Translations under genes and position numbers: made by a program
NCBI GenBank assembly: GCA_043747745.1
Contig: JAYTOP010000039.1
Span: 4,353-68,352, forward strand
Source of the DNA: Pseudomonadota bacterium
Lineage (GTDB): Bacteria; Pseudomonadota; Gammaproteobacteria; Xanthomonadales; Xanthomonadaceae
DNA length: 64,000 nt
Direction of reading: 5' to 3'
The notes under the pieces: model-generated
The model's database searches: none
Told to the model about the DNA's origin: nothing
The model's input: the letters and a program-made list of their open reading frames with translations, nothing else
Shown: positions 36,851 through 49,507 of the stretch, piece after piece
Position numbering within the stretch: position 1 is the first letter of the stretch
Layout: each line of letters starts with the position of its first letter

Positions 36851-39106
36851 TCAGATCTCGAAGCGGTAGCTGAGTTTGATGAACAGCTGCTCGGTATCGC
36901 GCAGGCTGAACGCATCGCCAAGCACTTTGCCGACGCCCTGCGAGAATTCGTTGAAGCCGAATCCGCCGCGCACATACGCGATGTACAAGTCCGACAATGG
37001 CGCGAGTTCGTAGCGATAGCGGATCTGGAAGCCGAGGTTGCGCAGGCTGAAATCGGGTACCGTGTCGTTGCTCGCCACCGGGGTTCCATTCGGAGCAACG
37101 CGCCAGGCCTGGCGTGCACGCGCATTCAGCGCGATGGTTTCGAGCTTGACGCGCAGTTCTTGCTTCGCGCTGATCGTCCACTGCATGCCGCCATTCAATT
37201 GCAGTGTATCGGCCTTGAACGTACCGAGCAGGTTGCCGCCCCTCCACAGCAGCCAGTCCGGGTTGTGCGTGCCATTCAACTCGGCATAGAAGCTGAGGTT
37301 GTCATTGACGAAATAGGTCGGGTTGAGGTCGAACTGGACAGCGCCATGCGTTGGGCCACCGAGGCCTTCGGCGGCGTAATTCACATTCCCGTAAAACGAC
37401 CAATGGCCTTTGCGCGGCCAGAAACGTTCGTAGTAACCGTAGAGCTTGGCCGGCACAGCGACCGTACCGTTACCGCGGGTGATCAGGTCGTCCTGACCCG
37501 GCGTCAGGCCGTTGAACGAGAGGAATTCGCTGCCGCCGTCGCGGGTGTCGCTCGTGCGGCTGACCAGCCACGCATCGGCCAGCTTCAGGCCGTCGTCGTT
37601 GACCCGGCGCGATACCGCGACGTGCCAGTCGTGCGAGTTGTAGATCGATTCCTTCGGCAGGTCGGTGAAGCGGCGGCCGATGTCGTAGCGCGCATAGTTG
37701 TAGTTGTTGCGCTGGAGGAAACCAAAATCGTTCAACTGCAGGTTGCGCCCCAGATGCTCGCCATAGAATTGCTGTCGCCAGCCGCCGCCCATGTCGTAGT
37801 CGATGCGGACCTGCCCGCCGCTGGCGACCGTTCTGTGACCGGCCTGGTCGATGCTTGATTCCACGAAAGCGGTATGCACGCCCAATTGCGCGTTCGGCGT
37901 CCAGCGATGATCGATTTCGTACACGGTCGCCTGACGATCGAGGAACGGCCGGTCCACCCGCGTGACCATCGCGCCGATGCCTTGCGTGGCGAAATCGCGG
38001 GTTCCGCGCAACGCGAAGAAATCGCGTCCGGCCGCATCGGCTTCGGTCGCGGCGAAGAATCCGTAATTGAATCCGCCGAGGCTGCCATTGGCCTTCACCG
38101 CCGCAGTCACATCACCTGCACCGGAGCCGTCGTCGGCCGCGCCACCAACGCGACGCGTGTAGATCAGCCGGTTGGCATTGTTGAGCGAACCGAACGGCAC
38201 GTCGAAGAAACTCTGGTTCTCGGTGAAGAACGGCCGCTTGTCGCTGAAGAAGGTTTCAACGGCGCTGAAATTGACGACGAGCTGATCGCTTTCGACCTGA
38301 CCGAAATCCGGATTGAGGGTTCCGCTGAGCTGGAATTTACCGTTCGGCTTCCAGAACATGTCGGCGCCGGTGTCGAACGTCGTCTTGCCGCGCACATTGT
38401 CGTACAGCACCGACGCATACGGCGTGACCGCGAGCAGCGATGTGCTGAACGCGGGCACTTCGACCTTGGCGAACGCGCTGAGGAAGCGCGGTTCTCCGCC
38501 AAAGATCGCCGGCCAGCCCATGCGCTCTCCGGTCGCGCCGACCACGCGGTCGAGTTGCAGTCCAAGCGTGCGCTTGCCGTCGTGTCCGTCCTTCATCGGC
38601 GCGATGTACCACGGGATCAGGATCTCGACCGACCAGGTATCGCCGTCTTCGCTGACGGCATGCTTCCAGTTGCCGTCCCAGTCGGAATTGAACTGGTTCT
38701 CGTTGGTGATTGTCTCGTCCTGGATGCTGTCCGACAGGCGCACCATGAAGTTGTAGCCGGCATGGCCGTCGCCATCGAAGTCCACATAGACGTTGACCCG
38801 GTCGGTCGGCGCGTCGGCATCGCGCGCTGTGCTCTGGCGCGTACGCGGCACGTTCGCCGGTTGCGTGTTGCGGAACGCGAACGCGAGCCCTTCGGGCGTC
38901 GCCAGCACCCAAGCCTCAGTCGGATACGGACTTGGCGCACGCGACAGCGGCTGGGTCAGGCGAAAGTCGGTGATGTGCTGCGCGCCGGCCCATTCGGCCG
39001 GGTCGATATGGCCATCGATCTGCACGGCGACGGCATTGGCGAAGAGCGCGTTGGCGGATACGAGCAGCAGCGGCAACATCAAGGCGCGCATGGCCGGAAT
39101 CCGCAA
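36851..39106 (-). CDS. DUF5916/CBM9-like domain outer-membrane-type protein
   Basis: Track ORF, 751 aa. Signal peptide. N-terminal IDGHIDPAEWAGAQHITDF...WSVEILIPW resembles CBM9-like modules. The long C-terminal region is rich in alternating beta-strand patterns and ends in LSYRFEI. Confidence 0.6.
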   Translation of the reverse strand: MRIPAMRALMLPLLLVSANALFANAVAVQIDGHIDPAEWAGAQHITDFRLTQPLSRAPSPYPTEAWVLATPEGLAFAFRNTQPANVPRTRQSTARDADAPTDRVNVYVDFDGDGHAGYNFMVRLSDSIQDETITNENQFNSDWDGNWKHAVSEDGDTWSVEILIPWYIAPMKDGHDGKRTLGLQLDRVVGATGERMGWPAIFGGEPRFLSAFAKVEVPAFSTSLLAVTPYASVLYDNVRGKTTFDTGADMFWKPNGKFQLSGTLNPDFGQVESDQLVVNFSAVETFFSDKRPFFTENQSFFDVPFGSLNNANRLIYTRRVGGAADDGSGAGDVTAAVKANGSLGGFNYGFFAATEADAAGRDFFALRGTRDFATQGIGAMVTRVDRPFLDRQATVYEIDHRWTPNAQLGVHTAFVESSIDQAGHRTVASGGQVRIDYDMGGGWRQQFYGEHLGRNLQLNDFGFLQRNNYNYARYDIGRRFTDLPKESIYNSHDWHVAVSRRVNDDGLKLADAWLVSRTSDTRDGGSEFLSFNGLTPGQDDLITRGNGTVAVPAKLYGYYERFWPRKGHWSFYGNVNYAAEGLGGPTHGAVQFDLNPTYFVNDNLSFYAELNGTHNPDWLLWRGGNLLGTFKADTLQLNGGMQWTISAKQELRVKLETIALNARARQAWRVAPNGTPVASNDTVPDFSLRNLGFQIRYRYELAPLSDLYIAYVRGGFGFNEFSQGVGKVLGDAFSLRDTEQLFIKLSYRFEI

Positions 39107-39195
39107 GGTCGATGACTCCCTAGGTTACGTCTGTTCGGACATGCGCGAGACTGCCGGAAGTCATGGCAACCACGCGTTTCACTGTAACTGCGCAG

Positions 39196-39669
39196 TCAAC
39201 GCTTGCGCTTGGGCTGCAGCATCGTCTCGGTGCATTTCGGCGAACCGCAGCGACAGGCCCAGATCGCCTTCAGGCGCGGGGTCTGGCGCTCTTCAAGCAC
39301 GATGCCGTAGTTGTAGGTCAGCTCTTCGCCAGCCTTGATGGCGCGCTTGCTTTCGATGAACACGCGATCCTTGCGTCGGCTGCCGTCTTCGTCTTCCTCA
39401 AGCACCGCAGTGCAGCTCGGATCGCAGCCATGGTTGATCCAGCGCGCATCGTTGCCATCGACATTGGCATCGAGGATGTACTTACCGTTGAGCGTGAACA
39501 GGAAGGTGTGGCCGGTCTCGGCGCTGCCGTCATACATGTTGTCGGCCTGGCGGTGGGTCATCAGCCTGCCCTTGTATTCGATCAGCCGCGTGTCGGCGGG
39601 AATGTCGGTCGCGGCGAACACGCCGTTGCCGTGGATCGCGGAGCGGCGCACCTGGATCTTGCGGGCCAT
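39196..39669 (-). CDS. SET-domain protein (lysine methyltransferase fold)
   Basis: Track ORF 39196..39858. Start at ATG 39669 (MARKIQVRRSAIHGNGVFA). Motifs: RWINHGCDPSC, GEELTYNY, and post-SET CRCGSPKC. Confidence 0.85.
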   Translation of the reverse strand: MARKIQVRRSAIHGNGVFAATDIPADTRLIEYKGRLMTHRQADNMYDGSAETGHTFLFTLNGKYILDANVDGNDARWINHGCDPSCTAVLEEDEDGSRRKDRVFIESKRAIKAGEELTYNYGIVLEERQTPRLKAIWACRCGSPKCTETMLQPKRKR

Positions 39670-39775
39670 GGGTGGTCCATGCGTTGGGGACGCCATTGTC
39701 GCCGCATGCACGGTCAGCGCAAGCCCCTTCGGCGCAGGGATGGCCGTGGTCGTGGCTGGTTTGAGCACGGGATGC

Positions 39776-39817
39776 TTAAAGCGTACAATTTCGGTACGGA
39801 TTAAACCGCCCCCCCCC
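39776..39817. promoter_or_regulatory. Imperfect inverted repeat overlapping a TACAAT box, followed by a C9 homopolymer
   Basis: TTAAAGCGTAC-aatttcg-GTACGGATTAAA (39776..39805), then nine consecutive C at 39809..39817, ending 18 nt before the Rrf2 ATG. Confidence 0.3.
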
Positions 39818-39835
39818 TCCGACTGGCCCGCCGCC

Positions 39836-40291
39836 ATGCTCCGCGTCACCAAACTCACCGACTACGCAAGCCTCGTCCTGACCGTCCTGGCCAGCGCGCC
39901 CGAACGCGTCCACAGCGCGGCCGAACTCGCCGAACGCGCGCACCTGGAAGTGCCGACCGTGAGCAAGCTGCTGAAGTCGCTGGCGCAGGCCGGGCTGGTC
40001 GAAGGCTTTCGCGGCAGCGCGGGCGGCTACCGGCTCGCGCGCGCGGCCGACACGATCAGCCTGATCGCCATCGTCGAGGCCATCGAAGGCCCGCTCGGCA
40101 TGACCGAATGCAGCCTCCACGACAGCAATTGCGGCATCCAGGACCACTGCGGCGTGCGTGCGAACTGGCGGCGCATCAACGACGTCGTAGCCGATGCGCT
40201 GCGCGAGGTCACGCTGGCGCAGATGCTCGCACCGGCGACGCGGATGCCACGCGCACGCAAGACTATTCCATTGCAACTTGCGACGGGCTGA
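39836..40291 (+). CDS. Rrf2-family transcriptional regulator (suf-operon regulator type)
   Basis: In frame with track ORF 39335..40291. ATG 39836 ([19 protein letters not shown]). wHTH. Cys cluster [14 protein letters not shown]. Confidence 0.85.
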   Translation: MLRVTKLTDYASLVLTVLASAPERVHSAAELAERAHLEVPTVSKLLKSLAQAGLVEGFRGSAGGYRLARAADTISLIAIVEAIEGPLGMTECSLHDSNCGIQDHCGVRANWRRINDVVADALREVTLAQMLAPATRMPRARKTIPLQLATG

Positions 40292-40296
40292 TCCAG

Positions 40297-41732
<1,436 letters not shown>

Positions 41733-41736
<4 letters not shown>

Positions 41737-42131
41737 AATCGATACTGGCATCCGCGCTGATTTTTCTTGTGGCTGCTGCGGGTGCACAGGCCGGTGCGCA
41801 AACTATGGACTGCAAGACGTTCGACCTCGTGGGCATGGAATCCATCGCGTCGCCACGCGAGCAAGTATCCGATGGACTACAGCATCGTGTCACCGTCATC
41901 ATCAGGCTACGGATCGATGGATCCTTTGAAGACGTAAAGGTCGATAAATCGTCGCAAAATCTAGGCTACGATCGCGCGGCCGTCGAACATGCAAAAAGGA
42001 TGCGCCTGTCTGGAGTCTGCCTGCATCAAGCTCGCGGCCTGTTGTACATCCAATACCTCTTTCGCGCATTCAACGAGCCTGGGAAGAACGAAATCGAGCA
42101 CATCTGGCGCGAGTCGTCGAACGCGAAGTAG
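41733..42131 (+). CDS. Small secreted protein with TonB C-terminal-like domain, inserted in the suf operon
   Basis: Track ORF, 132 aa. Signal peptide [60 protein letters not shown] fits the TonB_C pattern. ATGA overlap with the sufB stop. ~52% GC by my count. Confidence 0.55.
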
Positions 42132-42176
42132 CGTGCGCTGCACGCACGTACCTATGCATCGTGCGCGAAACGCACG
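42132..42176. repeat. Two stem-loops sharing identical arms
   Basis: CGTGCG-ctgca-CGCACG (42132..42148) and CGTGCG-cgaaa-CGCACG (42160..42176), in the 60-nt spacer before sufC. Confidence 0.6.
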
Positions 42177-42191
42177 CTACGGAAAACTGAC

Positions 42192-42958
<767 letters not shown>

Positions 42959-42962
<4 letters not shown>

Positions 42963-44245
42963 GCGTCGCACTGCTCGATTCGTTGAAGGCCGGCTTCGAT
43001 GCGTCGCCATCCGCGCCGGACGACGTCCGACGCGAAGCGTTCGCGGCCGCGCTCGCGGATGGTCTTCCGACAGCGCGTGCCGAACGCTGGAAATACACAT
43101 CGCTGCGCGCGCTGGAACGACGCTCGTTCGTGGCTTCCGCATCACTGCTGTCGCTCGTGGATGCGGCAATGCTTACGGGCATTCCTGCGCCACGACTGGT
43201 ATTCGTCAATGGTCGTTTCGATGCGCCGTTGTCGGACATCGCCGCGTTGCCCGAAGGCGTCGCCCTGCGCCCGCTCGCGCAGGCGCTCGCGGATGGCGAT
43301 GCGCGCGAAACCGGTTTCCTCGCGCGGCGTTTCGCGCACGCCGACGAAACATTCGCCAGGCTCAATGCCGCACTCGCCAACGACGGCGCGATGCTCAGCG
43401 TCGCGGAAAATGTCCGTGTCGAAGCACCCATCCACCTGGTTTTCATCGGTGCGCCTGCGGATACCGACATCGCGTGGCACGCGCGCAGCCTGATCGAACT
43501 GCAGCGTGGCGCAACACTCGCGGTCGTCGAACATCACCTGGCGTCCGGTGACCATGCGCATCTCGGCAATGCGCTGTTGCATGTGCATCTGGCAGCAGGT
43601 TCGCGCTTGCGGCATGCGCGCATCCAAGACGATGCGATTCGCGGGACGCTGATCGCACGCACCGACGCGGTGCTCGCGCGCGACGCACTGTATCGGCGTG
43701 TCGACCTCGAACTCGGCGCTGCGTTGTCGCGCCACGAATTGAACGTGCGGCTCGAAGGCGAAGGTGCGCGGCTTGCCGCCAATGGCGTGCTGCTCGCAGA
43801 TGGAAAGCGCCATATCGACACCCGCCTCGGCATCGAACACATCGCGCGCGACACGTCCTGCGACCTCGCATGGCGCGGCCTCGCATCCGGTCGCGGACGC
43901 GCGGTGTTCCATGGCGGCATCACGATCCGCGCCGGTGCCGATGGCAGCGACGCAAGGTTGTCGAACAAGAACCTGTTGCTGTCCGAAGGCGCCGAGATCG
44001 ATGCGCAGCCCGTGCTCGAAATCCACGCCGACGAAGTCAAGGCCGCGCACGGCGCGACCGTCGGACGGCTCGACGAAACGGCGCTGTTTTATTTGCGTTC
44101 GCGCGGACTGCCGCTCGTTGAAGCGCGTCGGTTGCTGACCGCCGCATTCTGTCGCGAAACCTTGATCGTTCTGGACGATGCAACACTTGTCGAGACGCTG
44201 GGTGCGAGCCTGGATGCTGCGCTCGCCAGGCTGGAGGTCGCATGA
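42959..44245 (+). CDS. sufD: Fe-S cluster assembly protein SufD
   Basis: In track ORF 42857..44245. ATG 42959 overlaps the sufC stop. C-terminal HGATVGRLDETALFYLRSRGL. Confidence 0.9.
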
Positions 44246-45495
44246 GCGTCCACGACGCACAGCCGCGCGATGGCGCCAGGAACATCGACTGGAAGCACGT
44301 CCGCGCCGACTTCCCGATCCTCACGCGCGAAGTGCACGGCAAACCGCTGGTGTATCTGGACTCGGCGAACACGGGCCAGAAGCCCGCATGCGTGATCGCC
44401 GCGGTGGATCGCTACTACCGCACCTACAACGCGAACGTCTCGCGCGCGGTGCACACGCTTGGTGAGCAGGCGACGACCGCGTACGAAGCGAGCCGCAACA
44501 AGCTTGCCGCGCACTTGAACGTCCATCGCAACGACCTAATCCTCACCAGCGGCACCACGATGGCGATCAATCTCGTCGCGTATTCGTGGGCATTGCCGAT
44601 GTTGAAGGCCGGCGATGCAATCCTGCTCACGCGCATGGAACATCACGCGAACATCGTGCCGTGGCAACTCATCGCCGAACGCACCGGCGCAACGATCAAG
44701 GTCGCGGAGATCACACCCGACGGCATGCTCGACCTTGACTCGCTGTACAAGGCGATGACGCCTGAGGTGAAACTGCTCGGCGTCACCCATGTGTCGAACG
44801 TGCTCGGCACGGTGAATCCGGTGCGCGCGATCTGCCGTGAAGCGCGCCGTCGCGGCATCATCACTGTCATCGATGGCTCGCAGGCGTTGCCGCATCGCAC
44901 CGTGGACATCCCCGCGATCGACTGCGACTTCTATGCGTTCACCGGCCACAAGATGTGCGGCCCGACCGGCACCGGAGGACTTTGGGCACGACGCGAGCAC
45001 CTCGTCGCGATGCCGCCGTTCTTCGGTGGCGGCGAGATGATCAAGGAAGTCCGTTTCGAAGGCACTGTGTTCAACGACCCACCGCACAAGTTCGAAGCCG
45101 GTACGCCGAACATCGCCGGATTCATCGGTCTTGGCGCTGCGGTTGATTATCTCGACGCGCTCGGCATGGTGAACGTGGATGCGCGCGAACAGGAATTGCT
45201 TGCGCATGCGACCGAAGCATTAACCAAAATCGACGGCCTGCGCATCATCGGCACCGCACCTGACAAGGCCGCGGTGATCTCGTTTCTGCTCGAGGGCGCG
45301 CACGCGCACGACCTCGCAACCCTGCTTGATCTCGAAGGCGTCGCCGTGCGTTCGGGCCACCACTGCGCGCACCCGCTGATGCGGTTCTACGGCGTCGCCG
45401 CGACCTGCCGCGCGTCGTTCGCGTTCTACAACACGCACGCCGAGATCGAAGCCTTCATCGTGGCATTGCTCAAGGCGCGCAAGCTGCTGGGCTAG
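44242..45495 (+). CDS. sufS: Cysteine desulfurase SufS (class V aminotransferase)
   Basis: Track ORF, 417 aa. Motifs: FTGHKMCGPTG and RSGHHCA. ATGA overlap with sufD. Confidence 0.95.
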   Translation: MSVHDAQPRDGARNIDWKHVRADFPILTREVHGKPLVYLDSANTGQKPACVIAAVDRYYRTYNANVSRAVHTLGEQATTAYEASRNKLAAHLNVHRNDLILTSGTTMAINLVAYSWALPMLKAGDAILLTRMEHHANIVPWQLIAERTGATIKVAEITPDGMLDLDSLYKAMTPEVKLLGVTHVSNVLGTVNPVRAICREARRRGIITVIDGSQALPHRTVDIPAIDCDFYAFTGHKMCGPTGTGGLWARREHLVAMPPFFGGGEMIKEVRFEGTVFNDPPHKFEAGTPNIAGFIGLGAAVDYLDALGMVNVDAREQELLAHATEALTKIDGLRIIGTAPDKAAVISFLLEGAHAHDLATLLDLEGVAVRSGHHCAHPLMRFYGVAATCRASFAFYNTHAEIEAFIVALLKARKLLG

Positions 45496-45519
45496 ACTGG
45501 AGCTACGATCGGAGCCGCC

Positions 45520-45798
45520 ATGACTGGACCTGGAAACGACACCCATGACCTGCTGCGCGAAATCCGCGACCAGCAGCGCCTGCAACTCGAGCGCCAGGCC
45601 GAAGCGCTGGCGATGCAGCGCGAACACTACGAGATCGCCAAGCGCCAATTCGAGCGCGCAGAACGCCTGCAGGAGCGCGCCGAGCAATTGCAGGTGCGCA
45701 GCGCCGGCGTTGTCGCATTCGCCCGCAAGTTGTTGTGGGTGATCCTGCCGCTGATCCTGTTCCTCGTTCTCATCCTGCTATGGACACTGTTCCGATGA
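45520..45798 (+). CDS. Hypothetical coiled-coil protein with C-terminal TM anchor
   Basis: Track ORF, 92 aa. Gln/Glu/Arg-rich helix, then LLWVILPLILFLVLILLWTLF. Its stop overlaps the next ATG. Confidence 0.5.
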   Translation: MTGPGNDTHDLLREIRDQQRLQLERQAEALAMQREHYEIAKRQFERAERLQERAEQLQVRSAGVVAFARKLLWVILPLILFLVLILLWTLFR

Positions 45799-46337
45799 CC
45801 CTGCAACTCCGCGCCGCAACCCTTGCCGATGTCGACGCCATCGTCGCGTTGGTCGAGTCCGCATATCGCGGCGACGCGAGCCGTGCTGGATGGACCACCG
45901 AAGCCGACTTCCTCGATGGCCGACGCACCGGCCCCGACGACGTGCTTGCGCAAATTGAACGCCCGCACAGCCTCATCCTGCTGGCCGAACGTCCTTCGAC
46001 AGTCTCAGGACAGGTTGGCGCATTGCTCGCCTGCGCGCACGTCGCCGATGAGGATCTCGCAGGCTATTTCGGCATGTTCTCGGTACAGCCCGGCCTGCAG
46101 AACACCGGCATCGGCAAGTCCATGCTCGCCGAGGCCGAACGCATCGCACGCGATGAATGGACTCTGTCGACCATGAAGATGACCGTGATCGACATCCGCG
46201 CCGAACTGATCGCCTGGTACGAACGTCGCGGTTATCGGCGCACCGGCATCACCAAACCGTTTCCCTACGGCGATGCGCGGTTCGGAATTCCGAAGAGAGA
46301 CGACCTGCGTTTCGAGATCCTGGAAAAAATGTTATGA
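45795..46337 (+). CDS. GNAT family N-acetyltransferase
   Basis: In track ORF 45735..46337. ATG 45795. Motif QNTGIGKSML (acetyl-CoA loop). Confidence 0.8.
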   Translation: MTLQLRAATLADVDAIVALVESAYRGDASRAGWTTEADFLDGRRTGPDDVLAQIERPHSLILLAERPSTVSGQVGALLACAHVADEDLAGYFGMFSVQPGLQNTGIGKSMLAEAERIARDEWTLSTMKMTVIDIRAELIAWYERRGYRRTGITKPFPYGDARFGIPKRDDLRFEILEKML

Positions 46338-46651
46338 CGGATTGGGTGCGCGTCTGCGCCACGTCCGAACTGGCACCCGGCGAACACGCGGTCGCGTGGT
46401 ATGGCGATACGCCGATCGTGGTGTTCAACGTGGACGGCGATTACTTCGCGCTGGAGGATCGCTGCAGCCACGAGGATTTCGAGCTCAGCGGCGGTATCCA
46501 GGACGGCAACACCGTTGAATGCACGTTGCACGGCGCGCGCTTCGATCTGCGCAGCGGCGAGGCGCTGTGCGCGCCGGCCTACGTTCCGGTTCCGAAATTT
46601 CCGGTGAAAGTCGAAGACGGCGCGGTGTGGACGCGCGACGATCGCTGCTGA
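46334..46651 (+). CDS. Rieske [2Fe-2S] ferredoxin-type protein
   Basis: In track ORF 46157..46651. ATG 46334 overlaps the GNAT stop. CSHEDF...CTLHGARF Rieske ligands. Confidence 0.85.
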   Translation: MTDWVRVCATSELAPGEHAVAWYGDTPIVVFNVDGDYFALEDRCSHEDFELSGGIQDGNTVECTLHGARFDLRSGEALCAPAYVPVPKFPVKVEDGAVWTRDDRC

Positions 46652-46676
46652 TCGGATCCAATGACCCTCCAACGCT

Positions 46677-47288
46677 TCACGCGTTGCGTTGTACCTTCAC
46701 CAGCACCACATCGCCGCCGCCATTGAGGATGCTGCGTGCGGCCACATCGTTGGCGCCCGCATCCAGCAGCGCGGTATCGCCTGCATTCAAACTTTCGAGC
46801 TCATCGCCGGACTTGACGGTCGCGCGGCCCGCGATGAGGTGGATCGCCCATACGACGCCGGTCTCGGCGAAGAACACCATCGAGCCGACCAGCGGCCGGT
46901 GAAAGACCTGCATCGTGCAGCGGTCGCGGCGCACCATCGCATTGAAGTCGGTCGTCGGACCGTCCAGCAAGCGGCATTGCAGGCTACGCTCGCCCGCGAA
47001 TGCGATCCGGCCATGCGGCGGCGTGACGGCACTGGTTTCGCCATCGTCGAATCGCAGTTCCATGCCGTGGCCAGACAGCAGCAGCAGCACGCGGTCGCAG
47101 CCGGGGAATGCGGAGAACGCGCAGTCGTTATCAACCTCGGCGATCGATAGCCGCCAATCCCATGGTTGTGCAGATGCGTCGGCGGATTCTTTCGCAGGGG
47201 CCTGCGCGAATATTTCCCGCGTCCAGCCAAGCCCGTTGCGCCAGCGTTCGCGGCGATAATCGTTGGCTGGAATCAGTCTGAGCGGCAT
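46677..47288 (-). CDS. hutD: HutD/Ves family protein
   Basis: Track ORF, 203 aa. N-terminal RERWRNGLGWTREI and a cupin-like remainder. Confidence 0.75.
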   Translation of the reverse strand: MPLRLIPANDYRRERWRNGLGWTREIFAQAPAKESADASAQPWDWRLSIAEVDNDCAFSAFPGCDRVLLLLSGHGMELRFDDGETSAVTPPHGRIAFAGERSLQCRLLDGPTTDFNAMVRRDRCTMQVFHRPLVGSMVFFAETGVVWAIHLIAGRATVKSGDELESLNAGDTALLDAGANDVAARSILNGGGDVVLVKVQRNA

Positions 47289-47386
47289 CGTTTCATTCTA
47301 GCCGAGCTTGCCGCCCCCACTCCAATGGACCACCCGATGCGCATCCATGCGCACCGGGTGGCTGGTCGATACGAATCGATGCGAAC

Positions 47387-47791
47387 TCAGCGCTTCGCTG
47401 CCGGTGCCGTCGCCGCGACACCGCCAACCACGATGCGGTCGCGGTTCTTCTCGATGGTCTTCAGGCCGACGCCTTTGACTTCCGCGAGTTGTTCCGCCGT
47501 ATGGAATGCGCCGTGCTGCTTGCGATAGGCCACGATCGCGGCGGCCTTGGATGGACCGATATTGATCAAGGCCTGGTTGATCGCGGTGGCATCGGCGGTG
47601 TTGATGTTGACCTTCATCGCGGGTTTGCCCGAGGGTTTGCCGTGCGCGGGTCTGGCATGGCCTGCAGTCGAACCCGCAGCGACAACGGCCGCCTTGTTGG
47701 CTGGTGCGGCCTTGCCCGTGCTGGCGTGGGCACCGCCGATCAGTAGCAGCGACAGCGCGACGGTCTGGAGGATCGATTTGAAGTTGTTCAT
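47387..47791 (-). CDS. ComEA-like helix-hairpin-helix DNA-binding protein, secreted
   Basis: In track ORF 47387..47920. ATG 47791 (MNNFKSILQTVALSLLLIGGAHA). Motif VNINTADATAINQALINIGPSKAAAIVAYR...LAEVKGVG. Confidence 0.8.
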   Translation of the reverse strand: MNNFKSILQTVALSLLLIGGAHASTGKAAPANKAAVVAAGSTAGHARPAHGKPSGKPAMKVNINTADATAINQALINIGPSKAAAIVAYRKQHGAFHTAEQLAEVKGVGLKTIEKNRDRIVVGGVAATAPAAKR

Positions 47792-47991
47792 GGTGGCATC
47801 TCCTGGTCTGGTGGGTGGTCTTTCCGGAAGCGTCTTCGCGTCCGGTAAAGACAGTCTCCACGTTGCTCGGCCCGCGCCGTATCGCCGGATTGCGCAACCG
47901 TGCCTGCGACTGCGACGCATCGTCCCGTCGGAGTTTTCCTACCCCGGCCGACGACAGGAGTAAACTGCATGTCCCCGCAAGGAATCGCCAC

Positions 47992-49500
47992 ATGGATCAC
48001 GCAGGTTTGGACAAGGCGCGCGCCGACCGTTTCGTTGGCGAACTCTGGGATGACGCGATCGTTCCGCAACTGGTCGATTACATCCGCATCCCGAACAAGT
48101 CGCCGATGTTCGACGCCCACTGGGCCAGCCACGGCTACATGGACGACGCGGTCAAGCTCATGGAAGCATGGGCACGCGCGCAGCCGATCGCCGGGATGCA
48201 TGTCGAGGTGGTGCGCCTGGACGATCGCACGCCGCTGATCCTGATCGATGTACCGGCGAGCGACGGTTCGGCCAGTGGCGAGGATTGCGTGCTGCTGTAC
48301 GGCCATCTCGACAAGCAGCCGGAAATGAGCGGCTGGTCGGATGGACTCGGTCCGTGGCAACCGGTCATCCGTGGCGACAAGCTGTTCGGTCGCGGCGGTG
48401 CCGACGACGGTTACGCGATCTTCGGTTCGCTCGCCGCGATCATGGCCCTGCGCGAACAGAAGCTCGCGCACGCGCGTTGCGTGATCCTGATCGAGGCCTG
48501 CGAGGAATCCGGTAGCTACGACCTGCCCTACTACGTCGATCATCTGGCCGACCGGATCGGCAAGCCGTCCCTCGTCGTTTGCCTGGATTCGGGCTGCGGC
48601 AACTACGACCAATTGTGGTGCACGACCTCGTTGCGCGGCCTGGCTGGCGGCAACCTGATCGTGAATGTGCTCAGTGAAGGCGTGCATTCCGGCGATGCGT
48701 CGGGGATCGTGCCGTCAAGTTTCCGCATCCTGCGCCAGTTGTTGTCGCGACTCGAGGACGAGGCCAGCGGCAAGATCAAGGTCGACGGATTGTTCACGCC
48801 GATTCCCGAGGATCGCCTCGTGCAGGCGCGCAAGGTCGCCGAAGTGATGGGCACGGCGGTGTACGACAAGTTCCCGTTCCTGCCCGGCATGACCCCGATG
48901 TCCGCCGACCTCACCGAACTCGTGCTCAACCGCACCTGGCGGCCAGCGCTGTCGATCACCGGCGCAGACGGGCTGCCGCCGCTGGACAATGCGGGCAACG
49001 TGCTGCGTCCGTCCACCGCGGTGAAACTCTCGCTGCGCCTGCCGCCGACGCTGGATGGCGAGGTCGCCGGTGCGATCCTGCAAAAACTGCTGCTCGACAA
49101 TCCGCCGAACGGTGCGAACGTCTCGTTCCATCTCGAAAAATCGTCGACTGGCTGGAATGCCCCGCCGTTGTCGGACTGGTTGAATCACGCGATCGACCAC
49201 GCCTCCCAGGATTTCTTCGGCAGGCCTGCTGTATTCATGGGCGAAGGCGGCACGATTCCGTTCATGGGCATGCTAGGCGAGAAATTCCCCGGCGCGCAGT
49301 TCATGATCACCGGCGTGCTCGGCCCGCACTCCAACGCGCACGGACCCAACGAGTTCCTGCACATCCCGACCGGCAAGCGCGTGACCGCGTGCGTGGCGCG
49401 GGTACTGGCCGAGCATCATGCGGCCAGCGTGAAAGGACTTACCACCGGCGTAGGCGTCGCTGCGGGCGATACGCGCTTCGGCGACCACGGCTGCTGCTGA
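47992..49500 (+). CDS. M20/M25/M40 family metallopeptidase (dipeptidase type)
   Basis: In track ORF 47815..49500. ATG 47992. Motifs: YGHLDKQP, GRGGADDGY, EACEESGS. Confidence 0.85.
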   Translation: MDHAGLDKARADRFVGELWDDAIVPQLVDYIRIPNKSPMFDAHWASHGYMDDAVKLMEAWARAQPIAGMHVEVVRLDDRTPLILIDVPASDGSASGEDCVLLYGHLDKQPEMSGWSDGLGPWQPVIRGDKLFGRGGADDGYAIFGSLAAIMALREQKLAHARCVILIEACEESGSYDLPYYVDHLADRIGKPSLVVCLDSGCGNYDQLWCTTSLRGLAGGNLIVNVLSEGVHSGDASGIVPSSFRILRQLLSRLEDEASGKIKVDGLFTPIPEDRLVQARKVAEVMGTAVYDKFPFLPGMTPMSADLTELVLNRTWRPALSITGADGLPPLDNAGNVLRPSTAVKLSLRLPPTLDGEVAGAILQKLLLDNPPNGANVSFHLEKSSTGWNAPPLSDWLNHAIDHASQDFFGRPAVFMGEGGTIPFMGMLGEKFPGAQFMITGVLGPHSNAHGPNEFLHIPTGKRVTACVARVLAEHHAASVKGLTTGVGVAAGDTRFGDHGCC

Positions 49501-49507
49501 GGCGCGC

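Noticed and set aside
39335-39835. 167-aa N-terminal extension of the Rrf2 regulator ORF
   Set aside because: It overlaps the SET-domain gene in antisense. The conserved Rrf2 N-terminus ([11 protein letters not shown]) begins at ATG 39836.
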